Positions 10,441-20,926 of a DNA stretch of 64,000 nt are shown one piece after another. Origin of the DNA: an uncultured Verrucomicrobiae bacterium (GTDB lineage: Bacteria; Verrucomicrobiota; Verrucomicrobiia; Opitutales; JABDGR01). The notes beneath the pieces were generated by a model. It had not been told where the DNA came from. It saw only the letters and a program-made list of their open reading frames with translations, and did not search any database. The translations under genes were made by a program, and so were the position numbers. Location of the stretch: positions 320,001 to 384,000 of the forward strand of contig CAVXVB010000009.1 in NCBI GenBank assembly GCA_963765205.1. Direction: 5' to 3'. The first letter of the stretch is position 1. Every line of letters begins with the position of its first letter.

Positions 10441-10890
10441 CTAGGCTTGGCCCCCAAAAGTCACGAAATCGTCCACATCCAGCAGGTCAAAAATGGTGGT
10501 CACATCCTCGCGCAAGGGCGCCACCGCACTCTGCATCTCTTGCAGGTGCGCCCGCATCCCGATACTGGAAGGCGCCCGGGCCTCGAAAAAAGCCGACCAG
10601 GCGGCGATTTCCTGCGGCGTGTGCTTATGCTTCGCATGGGCCTCGATCCAGGCGAGGATGTCGCCGTCGCCTTTGCCCTTGGCCACTTCCTTCTTCAGGG
10701 CCTCGGCATTGATGCCGGCAAAGTTCAGAAAATTCTGATCCAGCGGGCAGTTATAATGAAACTCGCCGTTTTTACGGGCCAGGGTGGCGCGGCATTTGTC
10801 GAGCATCCGCGGCAGCGTGACGTAGCCGCCCAGGCGGACACGGGGACTGCGCGGAGCGCGCTGGGTGAGATCGGGAGCGGAGAGGGTCAT
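10441..10890 (-). CDS. DUF5069-family protein, copy 1
   Basis: DLTQRAPRSPRVRLGGYVTLPRMLDKCRA...GEFHYNCPLD. Confidence 0.8.
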   Translation of the reverse strand: MTLSAPDLTQRAPRSPRVRLGGYVTLPRMLDKCRATLARKNGEFHYNCPLDQNFLNFAGINAEALKKEVAKGKGDGDILAWIEAHAKHKHTPQEIAAWSAFFEARAPSSIGMRAHLQEMQSAVAPLREDVTTIFDLLDVDDFVTFGGQA

Positions 10891-10985
10891 GGTGTTTCTG
10901 GTTTGGATTGCGTTGAGGAAAAATTTGAAATCCCGCGCCGGGCGTTCTCCGGCCTGCCCCGTGCGTAAGCATGATTTTGATGGGA

Positions 10986-12212
10986 TTAGTGCTTCTGCTC
11001 CAACAAGGCCGTGGCGGCCCAGATCGTGGCCAACTGGCCATGCAGGTTGCCCGTGGCGCGTGGCCGCGTCAGGTAGTAACCTTCGTCGTTGGAATGTTCG
11101 GTCAGCACGCCGACATCCAGAATATCGGCATTCGCATTGATTTGCCCGCAAAGGGCGCTCCAGGCTTTCTTGACGGCCGGGCGGAAGGTGGGGGCATCAA
11201 GCCAGCCCTGGTCCACGCCTTCGCCGAGGGCGAAAATAAAATACCCGGTGCAGGAATTTTCTTCCCAGGCCGTGTCATCGTCCAGCACCTGCCGCCAGCG
11301 GCCATCGGGGGCTTGGTATTTGAGCAGCGCGCTCATCATCGCCTGGTAGCTGGCCATGATTTTGGGGCGCTGTGGATCGTTGGCCGGGAGGTTAAGCAGC
11401 ACCTCCGCCAGGCCCGCCGCGATCCAGCCGTTGCCGCGGCCCCAATAAACATGGGCGTCGGGACCGTGAAAAAACAGGCCGCTGGGTTGCTGCAACAGGT
11501 CAATGAATGCGGTCATTTCCTGTACGGCGTGGGCGGCATAGTCCGCCCGCCCGGTGGACTGAAAGGCCAATATTTGCGGCACCGAAATTTTGTAGGCATC
11601 GTCAAGGTAGTAGCGGGTTTCGGAACTCAAGCCTTGGGGGTTGAGCATGGTCCATTGCGCATCCGCGTATTTGAGACCGAGCGTGAGATACTTCTGATCG
11701 TGGGAAGCCGCATCCTTGAACAGTTCCAGCGGCAGAATGCCAAAGACGCTCCGATCCACGTGATCCGGCGTGGGGAGCAGCCCGGAGCCGGCGGAGGTGA
11801 TGATCGCCTGATAGCGCGCAACCACTTGGTCCAGCAAATCAGGGTTATGGATTGCATCGGCGAAGCGGACGGCCCCGTAGCCGCTGCAAGTTTCCAGATA
11901 GGTCAGACCGCCGGACACATCAAGATTGATCCGCCCCAGCAGGTTCTGCACGACCTTGGTTCCGACGATCGCCGGCTCCTGGCCCGCGGGCCAGGCTCCC
12001 CATGAATCATCCGGGTCGGCGGATGCCAGGGCCGGTTTGCCGTCGGCCGGCGGCGGATCCCCGACGGAGCAGGAGGCGGAAAAATAGCCGGCCACCATGA
12101 GGACAATCAGCATGGAAATGAGAGAAAATCCAACCTGGCGCAAACGAGACTTCTGCATGGATGCCTCTCCCTGCGGCGCGCGCTGGGGAATGTCTGGAGT
12201 GGAGTTGGCCAT
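10986..12212 (-). CDS. Glycoside hydrolase family 88/105 (unsaturated glycuronyl hydrolase-like)
   Basis: GLFFHG...YWGRGNGW, GRWRQVLD, EENSCTG. Confidence 0.85.
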   Translation of the reverse strand: MANSTPDIPQRAPQGEASMQKSRLRQVGFSLISMLIVLMVAGYFSASCSVGDPPPADGKPALASADPDDSWGAWPAGQEPAIVGTKVVQNLLGRINLDVSGGLTYLETCSGYGAVRFADAIHNPDLLDQVVARYQAIITSAGSGLLPTPDHVDRSVFGILPLELFKDAASHDQKYLTLGLKYADAQWTMLNPQGLSSETRYYLDDAYKISVPQILAFQSTGRADYAAHAVQEMTAFIDLLQQPSGLFFHGPDAHVYWGRGNGWIAAGLAEVLLNLPANDPQRPKIMASYQAMMSALLKYQAPDGRWRQVLDDDTAWEENSCTGYFIFALGEGVDQGWLDAPTFRPAVKKAWSALCGQINANADILDVGVLTEHSNDEGYYLTRPRATGNLHGQLATIWAATALLEQKH

Positions 12213-12335
12213 GGTGTTTTTTTGTGAAGGTGAATTAGGTGAAAGGTCGGTCAGCTGTGTTTGAGGTGCGCGCCTTGTGGTCGGGCTGAGGGAAAAATAA
12301 TCCGGATCGGGTGTTCGCGCCATGGGCACTTTCCC

Positions 12336-12848
12336 TTAGCCGGTCACCTCCATCCAGCTGGTCATCTCAATTTCCTCCTCCGGGTCGGGCCGCGGCGCGA
12401 AGAAATCCAGCCCCATGGCCCGGGCGGCGTTTCTCAAAAATTGGAAACGGGGGGAATCCGGCGCGTCCACCCGTTCATTCGAGCTGAGCAAGGCGACCAG
12501 GGCGGAGTCGCCCTCCCGCTTTTGGATGGTGAAATCCTTGACCCATTTTTTGACGGCCGCGGGCAGGTCGCCCGGCCCATTGAAGGAGACGATGACCATG
12601 TCTGCTTCGCTCGCATCGTGCAGCGCGTGGTCAAAGCAGGCGGCGTCTTGCAGGTAGTTGAACTGAATCGGGTGCAGGCACTGGCGCAACTTGCCGTGGA
12701 ATTTATGGCCGAGCCGTTCGAGCGCCTGGGCGGCGCGCAGGGCGGCGTGCAGGTCATTGTAAACCAGGACGACGGACAGGGGGAAGGAGTCACTCGCTTC
12801 GCCCAGGTAGGGGGTGCACTCATCAAGGATTTGGGGTTCGTGTTTCAT
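12336..12848 (-). CDS. Uncharacterised alpha/beta protein, copy 1 (paralog of 51026-51643)
   Basis: Shared blocks SVV.VYND.HAALRAA, ADM.IVS.NG, SALVALLSSNE..DAPDSPR.QFL.NA, L.FFAP. Confidence 0.75.
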   Translation of the reverse strand: MKHEPQILDECTPYLGEASDSFPLSVVLVYNDLHAALRAAQALERLGHKFHGKLRQCLHPIQFNYLQDAACFDHALHDASEADMVIVSFNGPGDLPAAVKKWVKDFTIQKREGDSALVALLSSNERVDAPDSPRFQFLRNAARAMGLDFFAPRPDPEEEIEMTSWMEVTG

Positions 12849-12857
12849 ACGAGGCCC

Positions 12858-12923
12858 ATCATACACGAAAATTTTTAATCGTAAATTGGGGCTCCGGCTG
12901 CATCTCGCTAAGAAAATCCCTTA
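12858..12923 (-). promoter_or_regulatory. 15-bp box + sigma70-like promoter (site A)
   Basis: TAAGGGATTTTCTTA-23nt-TTTACG-16nt-TATGAT on minus strand. Confidence 0.7.
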
Positions 12924-13072
12924 TGATGGGTAGTAGCGCTGTGGGTCGGCAAAGCGGGGTGGGGCGGGATTGCGCTCGCTCCGGCGCCTAAGCGGCGTCA
13001 GGTTGGATTGATCGCGGAGCGACGATGTGCGGGTGCCGCGGTCGGGGCCGTCAAAACTTAATTACAAAACCT

Positions 13073-13660
13073 ATGAGCGACAAACTTGACGCCCTGCTGG
13101 GCCAGATGCGGCAACTGGAAAAGGAACTGCTTCGCGAATTGGGCCGGAAGGAAACTGAATTTTTTTACCGGGTGAAGGACAAAAAGATAAAATTCACCGC
13201 AGCGGCCCAGGCCCGGAACCGGCAGCTGAGGATGGGGTTGGGCCAATATCTGCGCCGTTCGCGCCTGACCGTGGTGGTGACCACGGCGGTGATTTGGTCG
13301 GTGCTGCTGCCCATTGCGTTGCTCGACCTGATGGTGTCGCTTTATCAATCCATTTGTTTCCCCATCTACGAGATTCCGAAGGTCATCCGGCGTGACTACC
13401 TGCTGTTTGACCGGCACCGGCTGGCCTACTTGAATTTGCTGGAAAAGTTGAATTGCGAATACTGCGCCTATGCCAACGGGGTTTTAAGTTATGCCGTGGA
13501 GATCGCCGGGCGGACGGAGCAGCACTTTTGCCCCATCCGGCACGCCTTGCGCATCAAGACCGCGCATAGCCGGTATAAAAATTTCTTCGATTACGGCGAC
13601 GCCGCGCACTACCGGGAGCAAATCGAAGCGGTGCGCCGGAACTTTGACGACCTCAAATAG
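13073..13660 (+). CDS. Conserved hypothetical membrane protein with CxxC
   Basis: YQSICFPIYEIPKV...LEKLNCEYCAYANG...HFCPIRH. Confidence 0.7.
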   Translation: MSDKLDALLGQMRQLEKELLRELGRKETEFFYRVKDKKIKFTAAAQARNRQLRMGLGQYLRRSRLTVVVTTAVIWSVLLPIALLDLMVSLYQSICFPIYEIPKVIRRDYLLFDRHRLAYLNLLEKLNCEYCAYANGVLSYAVEIAGRTEQHFCPIRHALRIKTAHSRYKNFFDYGDAAHYREQIEAVRRNFDDLK

Positions 13661-13714
13661 CCGTCCGCCAAGGCGGCGGGGCGGCGCTCTTGCGCGCCCG
13701 CGGCCTCGCTGGCG

Positions 13715-14279
13715 TCACGGCGCGATGGTGGTTTTGGCGGCGTCCACGGCGGTGCCGGGATTGAGGTAGTCGAAAATGGTGGTGGATTGGGAATCATTCA
13801 CCACGCCGCCGGCAAGAATGGGCCAGCCGAGGAGGTTGCCCTGGTAGAAAATGAGCGTGAGCTTGTAATCAAAGCCGGCTTCGTTGGTTTGCAACCGGAT
13901 GGGTGAGGACAGCCCGTGGATGCGGTTTTTCGATTCGTATTCAAATTGATAGCCCTCCAGCATTTGCACGAACGACTTGCTGGCCTCGTTGGCGTCCAGG
14001 TCCTTGAACTGCACGTTGTTGCTGCCAAACAGGGCCGCGACGATGGCGGTCCGGTTCCAACCGGGTAAAGTCCTCTTCCTGGCGGCCCAGTTGCTTAAAT
14101 ACCTCCGCGCGCGTCATGCCGGGCTTGACCAAGGCCAGCTTGCCCAAAAACTCTTCCCGGCTTTTGTAATAGGACTGGTTCACCAAATCCGTGCCGCCCG
14201 GCACTGGCGCCACGCCCGCACACCCGCCCGCCATCAGCAAAAACAGCGCGAGGACGGTCTTTAATGCTGGCGAATTCAT
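13715..14279 (-). CDS. Putative lipoprotein, +1 frameshift near 14055
   Basis: Lipobox-like LMAGGC; ORFs 13941-14279 and 13715-14014 join if one base is removed. Confidence 0.6.
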
Positions 14280-14325
14280 GGCCGGGGCTTATCGCTCGTT
14301 TGGCAGCGCTCGGTTGTCGTTGGGA

Positions 14326-15069
14326 TTATTCCGGCGCGGCGCCCCCGCCCTGGGCTTCCACCCAGCGCACGGCGTGGCGCACCAGCGATGTCACGTCCGT
14401 TAATTCAAGTTTCTCCTTGATATGACTGCGGTGGACATCCACGGTTTTGGGGCTGAGGTGCAATTGCCTGGCAATCTCGCGGCTGCTTTGGCCCTGGCCG
14501 ATGAGTTGAAAGACCTCGAACTCGCGGTCGCTCAGCTTCGCAATCGGCGAGCTGGAGCCGCGCGGCGTGCGGGAGGTCATGGTCTCCACCATTTTGGCGG
14601 CCATGCGTTCGCTGACGTAGGTTTGCCCGGTGAGCACATGCCGTATGGCCGCGAGCAGTTTTTCGCCGCCGGCTTCTTTCATGATGTAGCCGCGCGCGCC
14701 GGCGCGCAGCACGCGTTCGGCATAGACCAATTCGTCGTGCATCGAGATGACGAGGATGGGCAGCCCGGCGTGCAGCGCGGCGACATCCTTGACAAACTCG
14801 ACTCCGCTGCGGCCCGGCATGGTCATGTCTGTCGCCAGCAGATCGGGCCGATGCTTGGGGATGGTGCTCAAAGCTTCGGCCGGGCTGCCGGCTTCAGCGC
14901 AGACCACCAGATCTATCTGCAAATTGATGAGTTGGGCCAGGCCGGCGCGCATCATGGGATGGTCGTCCACGAGCAAAATCTTTTTGCGCGGGTCGGGGGG
15001 CGGGGGCCGGGGGGTGGCGCCAGTCTTGGGGGTGGGGGAACGGGCCGGGGCGGATGCCTTGGATTTCAT
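14326..15069 (-). CDS. NarL/LuxR-family DNA-binding response regulator
   Basis: ILLVDDHP, ATDMTMPG, GARGYIMK, LSDREFEVFQLIGQG...LSPKTVDVHR. Confidence 0.95.
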   Translation of the reverse strand: MKSKASAPARSPTPKTGATPRPPPPDPRKKILLVDDHPMMRAGLAQLINLQIDLVVCAEAGSPAEALSTIPKHRPDLLATDMTMPGRSGVEFVKDVAALHAGLPILVISMHDELVYAERVLRAGARGYIMKEAGGEKLLAAIRHVLTGQTYVSERMAAKMVETMTSRTPRGSSSPIAKLSDREFEVFQLIGQGQSSREIARQLHLSPKTVDVHRSHIKEKLELTDVTSLVRHAVRWVEAQGGGAAPE

Positions 15070-16094
15070 AACGGGGGGCGATACGTGCAGGCGACGATGG
15101 TGCCTTTTTTCGGCTTGGAGGCAATCTCAAGTGTGGCGTGAATCAAATCGGCGCGATACTTCATCATGTGCAGCCCGATGCCGGCGTCCTTGTCCGCCGC
15201 CGGGGGGATGCCGCAGCCATCGTCGCCCACCGTCATGATCAGCGCATCACCATCCTGGTCGAGGGTGAGGCGGATTTTTTTGGCGTGGCTGTGTTTCAGG
15301 GCGTTGTTCACCGCCTCCTGCGCGATGCGGTAGAGGTGGATGGCGGCGGTCGAGTCCGCAATCAGGATATTGGGCTCCGAGCTCAGGGAGCAGTCCACTT
15401 TGGTCATCAGGCGCGTGTTCTCGGCCAGTTCGCGCAGGGCGTTCTCCAGGCCATAGCCATCGAGCGAGACGGGCGCCAGGCCGTGGGACAGGGCGCGGGC
15501 CTGGCGCACCACCACCCGCAGATGGCTGCTGAGGTCTTGAAAGGGCTGGATGAGCGCGGGCGCCTGCGTCCGCACTTGGGTGAGCAGGCCGGTGGTGAAC
15601 AATTCCAGCGCGGTCAGTTGCTGGCCCAGCCCGTCGTGAAAATCGCGCCCGATGCGGCGCAACTCCCGCTCGCTGATTTCGAGGATTTCCCGCTCGAGCC
15701 GCTTCTCCTTGGCGATCTGCGCCAGCACCCGCTGCACAATTGCGGGAATGAACTCCATGAGCTGGCTGTCTTTGATCAGGTAATCGCGGGCGCCGCTTTT
15801 CATCATGTCCACCGCGACGCGCTCGTCGCCCTGGCCGGTGATGATCACGAACGGAACGGAGCGGCCCATTTCCGCGAGACGGTTGATGATGTCCTTGCCT
15901 TTGATGTCGGGGAGTTTGAGGTCCAGGAGCATCAGGTCGGCCGTGTTGATGGCCAGCCACGCAATGGCGTCCTGGCCCGACGCGGCCGTGATCGTGGCCA
16001 GGCCTTCGCGATCCAGGGCTTTGGCGATCAAGCGCGACAAGCCCACGTCGTCGTCCACCACCAGGATCAGGGGTGCTGCGGCGGGTTCAGCCAT
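15066..16094 (-). CDS. Receiver + HisKA_3 histidine kinase (hybrid)
   Basis: LLDLKLPD receiver; IGRDFHDGLGQ H-box; QEAVNNALKH; DDGCG. Confidence 0.9.
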   Translation of the reverse strand: MAEPAAAPLILVVDDDVGLSRLIAKALDREGLATITAASGQDAIAWLAINTADLMLLDLKLPDIKGKDIINRLAEMGRSVPFVIITGQGDERVAVDMMKSGARDYLIKDSQLMEFIPAIVQRVLAQIAKEKRLEREILEISERELRRIGRDFHDGLGQQLTALELFTTGLLTQVRTQAPALIQPFQDLSSHLRVVVRQARALSHGLAPVSLDGYGLENALRELAENTRLMTKVDCSLSSEPNILIADSTAAIHLYRIAQEAVNNALKHSHAKKIRLTLDQDGDALIMTVGDDGCGIPPAADKDAGIGLHMMKYRADLIHATLEIASKPKKGTIVACTYRPPL

Positions 16095-16554
16095 GGCCGG
16101 AGAGGCTGGATTTCTGCCCATTCAGCTCGGGCACTTGCACCAGGCTGATAAACAGGCCGAGCTGCTTGATCGCCTCCGAAAATTTCTCGTAGTCCACCGG
16201 CTTGACGATATAGCTGCTGCAGCCGAGTTGGTGGCAGCGCGCGACTTCCCGCGGGTCGTCTGTCGTGGTCAGCATAATCACGGGCATTTTGCGCAAGCCG
16301 GCGTCGGCCTTGATTTGCGACAATACCTCCACGCCGTCAATTTTGGGCATGCGGATGTCCAGCAGCAGCAAATAGGGGCTGCCGGGCTTGCGCTTTTTCC
16401 CGGGGCCGCGGCCAAACAAAAAGTCCAGGATCTCCTGGCCGTTTTCGAAGCGCTGGATGGGGTTGTGCAGGTTCGAGCGCTGGAGATTTTTCTCAATGAG
16501 GCGGGCGTGGCCGGCGTCATCGTCCGCAATCAAAATAACGACTTCTTTGGGCAT
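16087..16554 (-). CDS. Single-domain response regulator (Rcp1-like)
   Basis: ILIADDD, LLLDIRMPKIDG, PVIMLTTT, YIVKP. Confidence 0.9.
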   Translation of the reverse strand: MPKEVVILIADDDAGHARLIEKNLQRSNLHNPIQRFENGQEILDFLFGRGPGKKRKPGSPYLLLLDIRMPKIDGVEVLSQIKADAGLRKMPVIMLTTTDDPREVARCHQLGCSSYIVKPVDYEKFSEAIKQLGLFISLVQVPELNGQKSSLSGHG

Positions 16555-16565
16555 AATCTCGCTAT

Positions 16566-17819
16566 CTAAGAATACTCCGCCGGGCTTGGCAAGGAGACAA
16601 TGAACGTGCTGCCCCGCCCGGCTTCCGACTGCACTTGGATTTTGCCGTTTTGCCGTTCGAGGATTTTTTGCGCGATGGTCAGGCCCAGTCCTTCCCCGGA
16701 GGTGGCGGTGGGGTTCAGGCGGTGAAAAATCTCGAACACCTTGGCCTGGTGTTCCGGCGCGATGCCGATGCCGTTGTCCGTCACTTCATAGCAGGACAAG
16801 CCATTCGCCTGGCGGCCGATGATGCTGATTCGGCAGGGCCGCTTCGGGTCGCGATACTTGAGCGCGTTGTCGAGGAGGTTGGAAAAAACCTGGCTGACCT
16901 GGACGGCGTCGCCCAGGCCGGGCGGCAGGTCGCCGATTTGCAGGGTGGCGCCCGCCTCCTTGATCTGGAATTCCATCGCGCGGCTGATGTCGCGCAACAT
17001 GATATTCAGGTCCAGGGTTTCGATATTGAGCGCGGCCCGGCCCAGCCGGGAAAACCGCAGAAAACCGGTGAGCAGGGTCTCCATCTTGGTCACCCCCGCA
17101 TGGATATAAGAAAGGGCCTCGGGGATGTCACCCTCGAGCAAGGCTTGCACCTCCCGTTTCTGGTCCTTCGTTCCCGGCAACTTCGCCAAGTTGTCCTCCA
17201 GTTGCTGGCAGGCATAGGCCAGCTCCCTGCTGAATCCCTGCACGTTCACCAGGGGCGAACGCAGGTCATGGGAGGCGACATAGACCACGGTCTCGAGTTC
17301 CTTGTTTTTATCCACGAGTTCCTGGGACAGTTGGGTCAGCCGGTGCTCGTGCTCCTTGCGCGCGGTGATGTCCGAGCGGATGGCGACATACTGCACGGGT
17401 TTGCCGGCTTCATTCAGGAACGGAAAAATCGTCGTGTCCACCCAGTAGAAAGTGCCGTCTTTGGCCCGATTTTTGATTTCGCCGTGCCAGATTTTGCCAT
17501 GGGCGATCGTTTTCCAGAGCTCGCGGAAGAATTCCCGGGGATGATGGCGCGAATTGATGATGCGGTGGTTCTGCCCGAGCAATTCCGCGCGGGAATATTT
17601 GGAGATTTCGCAAAACTTGTCGTTGACGTAGGTGATGTCGCCCTTGGCGTCCGTGATGGCCACGATCGAGTGCGCGTCGAGAGCCGCCTTGATGTCGCGC
17701 AGTTCCTTCACGGCGGATTGCCCTTGCGGCCCGGACGGCGGCTGGCCGGCGCCGTTCGCCTCATACGCCCGCAGGAGTTTGATCAACTCCGCTTTGGTCA
17801 GTTGGCCGTAATCGGTCAT
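16566..17819 (-). CDS. PAS-domain sensor histidine kinase
   Basis: PAS ([14 protein letters not shown]...KDGTFYWV), [29 protein letters not shown]. Confidence 0.93.
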   Translation of the reverse strand: MTDYGQLTKAELIKLLRAYEANGAGQPPSGPQGQSAVKELRDIKAALDAHSIVAITDAKGDITYVNDKFCEISKYSRAELLGQNHRIINSRHHPREFFRELWKTIAHGKIWHGEIKNRAKDGTFYWVDTTIFPFLNEAGKPVQYVAIRSDITARKEHEHRLTQLSQELVDKNKELETVVYVASHDLRSPLVNVQGFSRELAYACQQLEDNLAKLPGTKDQKREVQALLEGDIPEALSYIHAGVTKMETLLTGFLRFSRLGRAALNIETLDLNIMLRDISRAMEFQIKEAGATLQIGDLPPGLGDAVQVSQVFSNLLDNALKYRDPKRPCRISIIGRQANGLSCYEVTDNGIGIAPEHQAKVFEIFHRLNPTATSGEGLGLTIAQKILERQNGKIQVQSEAGRGSTFIVSLPSPAEYS

Positions 17820-17901
17820 CGCCAAACACTGTGGCGGCTGGGATGGCGCTGGCGACAAAAAAATCGCCGGTGGCGGGGTGGCGGCCTTTGTTCCCGTTCC
17901 C

Positions 17902-17968
17902 TAAGCCGTTTCCTTAGCGAGATTGCGCCATGGCCCGGCTTTACGATGTTCAACGAATCCAGTATTAT
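17902..17968 (+). promoter_or_regulatory. 15-bp box + sigma70-like promoter (site B)
   Basis: TAAGCCGTTTCCTTA-23nt-TTTACG-17nt-TATTAT. Confidence 0.65.
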
Positions 17969-18056
17969 TGAGTCAAGCATGCTTCCTCTTCCTCAAATAA
18001 AAGCGGTTGCGTGCATCCTTCGGAACCATTTTTTCAATTCAGCAGGCACCTTCGTC

Positions 18057-19172
18057 ATGGCAACCAAAACCGGCAACTTCTGGATGGGCTTGATCTTGTC
18101 TTTGCTCGCGCTTCCTTCCCTGTCGGCGCAAACCACCAACGCCGGGCCGGTCATGCCGGCCCTGCATGCCGCCCCGGCGTTTCCAGACGGAATCTGGGAA
18201 TTGTCGCACGAGAACGACTGGTTCATCTACAGCGACCGTGATTTCACCGCGGGCCTGCGCCTGGCCTACACGACGCCGAATTACCCGGATTGGGCGGCGG
18301 TTCCGCTGGTGCCGGCCGCCTCTGGCAATTTCTTCAACCGCCTCAGTCTGCTGGACGACCGTCAGGCGGTCGTGGCCGGCGGCATTTACGCCCAGCAGAA
18401 TTTGTATACCCCAAACAAATCCAATTTGAACCCGCCGGACCCAACGGATCGTCCCTATGCCGGCTGGGTCGGTCTTGGGCTGGATTTGATCCGGCAAACG
18501 GCGGACCGCCGCGCCATTCTCGAAACGAACCTGGGCTGGGTCGGGCCGGCCTCTGGCGCGGGCGACTTGCAAAACGGTTTTCATGCCCTGGTCGGGGATT
18601 CGCAATTTCAAGGCTGGGACGATCAAATTAAAAATGAACCCGTCTTGCAATTGACCTACCGGCAGGACTGGCGGCTCGCGGCGTGGTCGAACCTTTCGGC
18701 CGCCGCGCCGGGGCCGTACAATTACGACTTTATCACGCACGCGCTGGCGACGGGTGGCAACGGCTGGGACTACGCGGCGGTGGGCTTCCTGGCGCGTTGG
18801 GGTTATCATTTGCCGTTGGATTTCGGCCCGGCGCGGATGCGCCTGGGGGATATTGACAGCGCGCCCTACGCGGCGCCGGGCGCGCTGAAAAGCTCCGTCG
18901 GGGATGGGTCGTTCGACCCCTTTTCAGCTTATGTCTGTTTTGGCGCGGAAGGCCGGGCCGTGGCGCGCGACATCACCCTCGACGGCAACACGCTGGCCCG
19001 CAGCGCGGGCGTGGTGCGCTGCCCGGTGGTCGGCGAAATTTACGCCGGAGTCGTGACGCAATATAAGAACTTCCGCGGCTCGTTTCTGGTCATCTATGAA
19101 TCCGACACTTTCGAGTCGCAACCCCAGCCCGGCCAATGGCGCGGAGTCGTGACTCTGGGCTGGCAGTTTTAA
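18057..19172 (+). CDS. LpxR-like (DUF2219) outer-membrane beta-barrel, copy 2
   Basis: Signal peptide; ENDWFIYSDRDFTAGLRL; DRPYAGW; C-terminal WQF. Confidence 0.85.
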   Translation: MATKTGNFWMGLILSLLALPSLSAQTTNAGPVMPALHAAPAFPDGIWELSHENDWFIYSDRDFTAGLRLAYTTPNYPDWAAVPLVPAASGNFFNRLSLLDDRQAVVAGGIYAQQNLYTPNKSNLNPPDPTDRPYAGWVGLGLDLIRQTADRRAILETNLGWVGPASGAGDLQNGFHALVGDSQFQGWDDQIKNEPVLQLTYRQDWRLAAWSNLSAAAPGPYNYDFITHALATGGNGWDYAAVGFLARWGYHLPLDFGPARMRLGDIDSAPYAAPGALKSSVGDGSFDPFSAYVCFGAEGRAVARDITLDGNTLARSAGVVRCPVVGEIYAGVVTQYKNFRGSFLVIYESDTFESQPQPGQWRGVVTLGWQF

Positions 19173-19241
19173 GGGCCTGGAAAAAACGGGATAAAAAGCG
19201 CCGCATGAGAATGCGAGGTGGCGCCAAAGCACCCGTTGCAA

Positions 19242-19308
19242 TAGGGATTTTTCCTAGCGGAATATGGGCGTGGCTCCAATTTACGGATTTTGTAAAGTCA
19301 TGTAGGTT
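19242..19308 (+). promoter_or_regulatory. 15-bp box + sigma70-like promoter (site C)
   Basis: TAGGGATTTTTCCTA-23nt-TTTACG-17nt-TAGGTT. Confidence 0.7.
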
Positions 19309-19713
19309 GGAACCACACAAAATGAGCGCGGATCAAAATGCCACCCTGGCATTTCCTCCCCACCATTTAGTCAAAAACCATAGAACGGAACCTCCCATGA
19401 AAACGCACCTATCCATCACTGTAGGCGGCCTGCTCGCCTTCTGTCTGCCCTTGCAGACCCAAGCCCAGAACCAGAACGCGCCGGAGGCCATTACGGCCGA
19501 AGGGCATTTCGGCCCCAAGGTTCATTGGGACGCCATTACCGAGGTGCAAGTTACGAACCTGCAGGGCGAATCGCTGGGTCGCATCCAGGATCTCACCCTC
19601 GATTTGTCCAATGGGCGCGTCGTGGAGGTGTTGGTCGTGGCCGACCAGACGCTGCGCACCGGCGGCAAGACGGTCGCCGTGCCGCCACGGGCCTTGATTC
19701 CGGACGAAGTTAA

Positions 19714-20926
19714 GGGCGCCTCTATTAACCCCCAAGCCGCTTGACATTGATAAGACAAGGTGACAGAACGTGACATGCACTACCGAAAATCCGAGTCGCA
19801 AGGAGGTTTGTTCGATTATCACCAGCATTGCGCCGGGTTGGCGGCGCGGGGCACGAGTCTGGACCGGCTGAAGGCGGCGGTGGACTGGGAAGCCTTCCGC
19901 GCCCCACTCGAGCGCCACCTGGCCTATGAGGACGGGGCCAAAGGCGGGCGTCCGGCGTGGGATCCGGTGCTGATGTTCCAGGTGCTGGTGCTGCAAAAGT
20001 TCCACGGGCTGAGCGACGCGCAGACCGAGTTTCAAATCCTCGATCGGTTCAGCTTCCAGCGGTTCATGGGCCTGCGGGCGGGCGACGCCGCGCCGGACGA
20101 GAAGACGATCTGGGTGTTCAAGGAGCGCCTCGGCCCGGACGGGGTGCGGGCGTTGTTCGAGTTGTTCAACGCGCAACTGGCCGCGCGGGGGCTGATCGGC
20201 CAGCAGGGCAAGATCGTGGACGCCACGTTTGTCGAGGCCCCGCGCCCGCGCGCCGCGCGCCAGCCGGAGCATCCCCCCGCCGCGCGGCAGCAGGACGCCG
20301 ACGCCCGCTGGACCGAGCAAGGCGGCCAGGCGCACTACGGTTACAAAAACCACGCCAAGGCCGACGCGCGCAGCAAGCTCGTGGCGGACTACACGGTGAC
20401 CCCCGCCAACACCCACGACAGCCAAAAACTCGACGAGCTGGCCGCGCCCGGCGACCGCGTCATTTACGCCGACAGCGCCTACAGCGGCGGGCCCATCGCG
20501 AAACAACTCGCGACCAAAAAGCTCGCCGGGCGCATCCTGGAAAAAGCGCGGCGCGGCCATCCGCTGACCCGCGCGCAGGAAAAACGCAACCGCCGCCAAA
20601 GCGCCGTCCGCAGCCGGGTCGAGCACGTCTTCGCCCGGCTGGCCCACTGGCGGGCAGACTGGTTCCGCCGCAAAGGTTTGGCCCGCGCCCGTTTTGAAAT
20701 CGGCCTGGCCAACCTGGTTTACAACCTTGACCGCTACGCCTGGCTGCAAAGTGCCGGTTAGAGCCGGACGAATCGCGCCCCGCTGCCGGTTCAGAGCAAG
20801 AAACCCACTCATCATCCCGCCAAACCACCGCGGGCAACTCATGCCGGGCGCTTCCCTCCCGGATGCCGCTAGAAAATCACGCAAAATTACCCTTGTGTGG
20901 CCCAAGCCAAGTTGTTAGAAGTGCCC
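19714..20926 (+). mobile_element. IS5-family insertion sequence (1213 bp)
   Basis: Terminal IRs GGGCGCCTCTATTAAC / GGGCACTTCTAACAAC (12/16); TTAA duplicated at 19710-13 and 20927-30. Confidence 0.93.
19775..20761 (+). CDS. IS5-family DDE transposase
   Basis: GGRPAWDP, LSDAQTEFQILDRFSF, IVDAT, YGYKNH, YADSAY, RSRVEHVF. Confidence 0.93.
   Translation: MHYRKSESQGGLFDYHQHCAGLAARGTSLDRLKAAVDWEAFRAPLERHLAYEDGAKGGRPAWDPVLMFQVLVLQKFHGLSDAQTEFQILDRFSFQRFMGLRAGDAAPDEKTIWVFKERLGPDGVRALFELFNAQLAARGLIGQQGKIVDATFVEAPRPRAARQPEHPPAARQQDADARWTEQGGQAHYGYKNHAKADARSKLVADYTVTPANTHDSQKLDELAAPGDRVIYADSAYSGGPIAKQLATKKLAGRILEKARRGHPLTRAQEKRNRRQSAVRSRVEHVFARLAHWRADWFRRKGLARARFEIGLANLVYNLDRYAWLQSAG

Noticed and set aside
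16635..18056. 845-aa ORF 16635-19172 as a single gene
   Set aside because: The 5' half is antisense to the PAS kinase; the real gene starts near 18057 with a signal peptide
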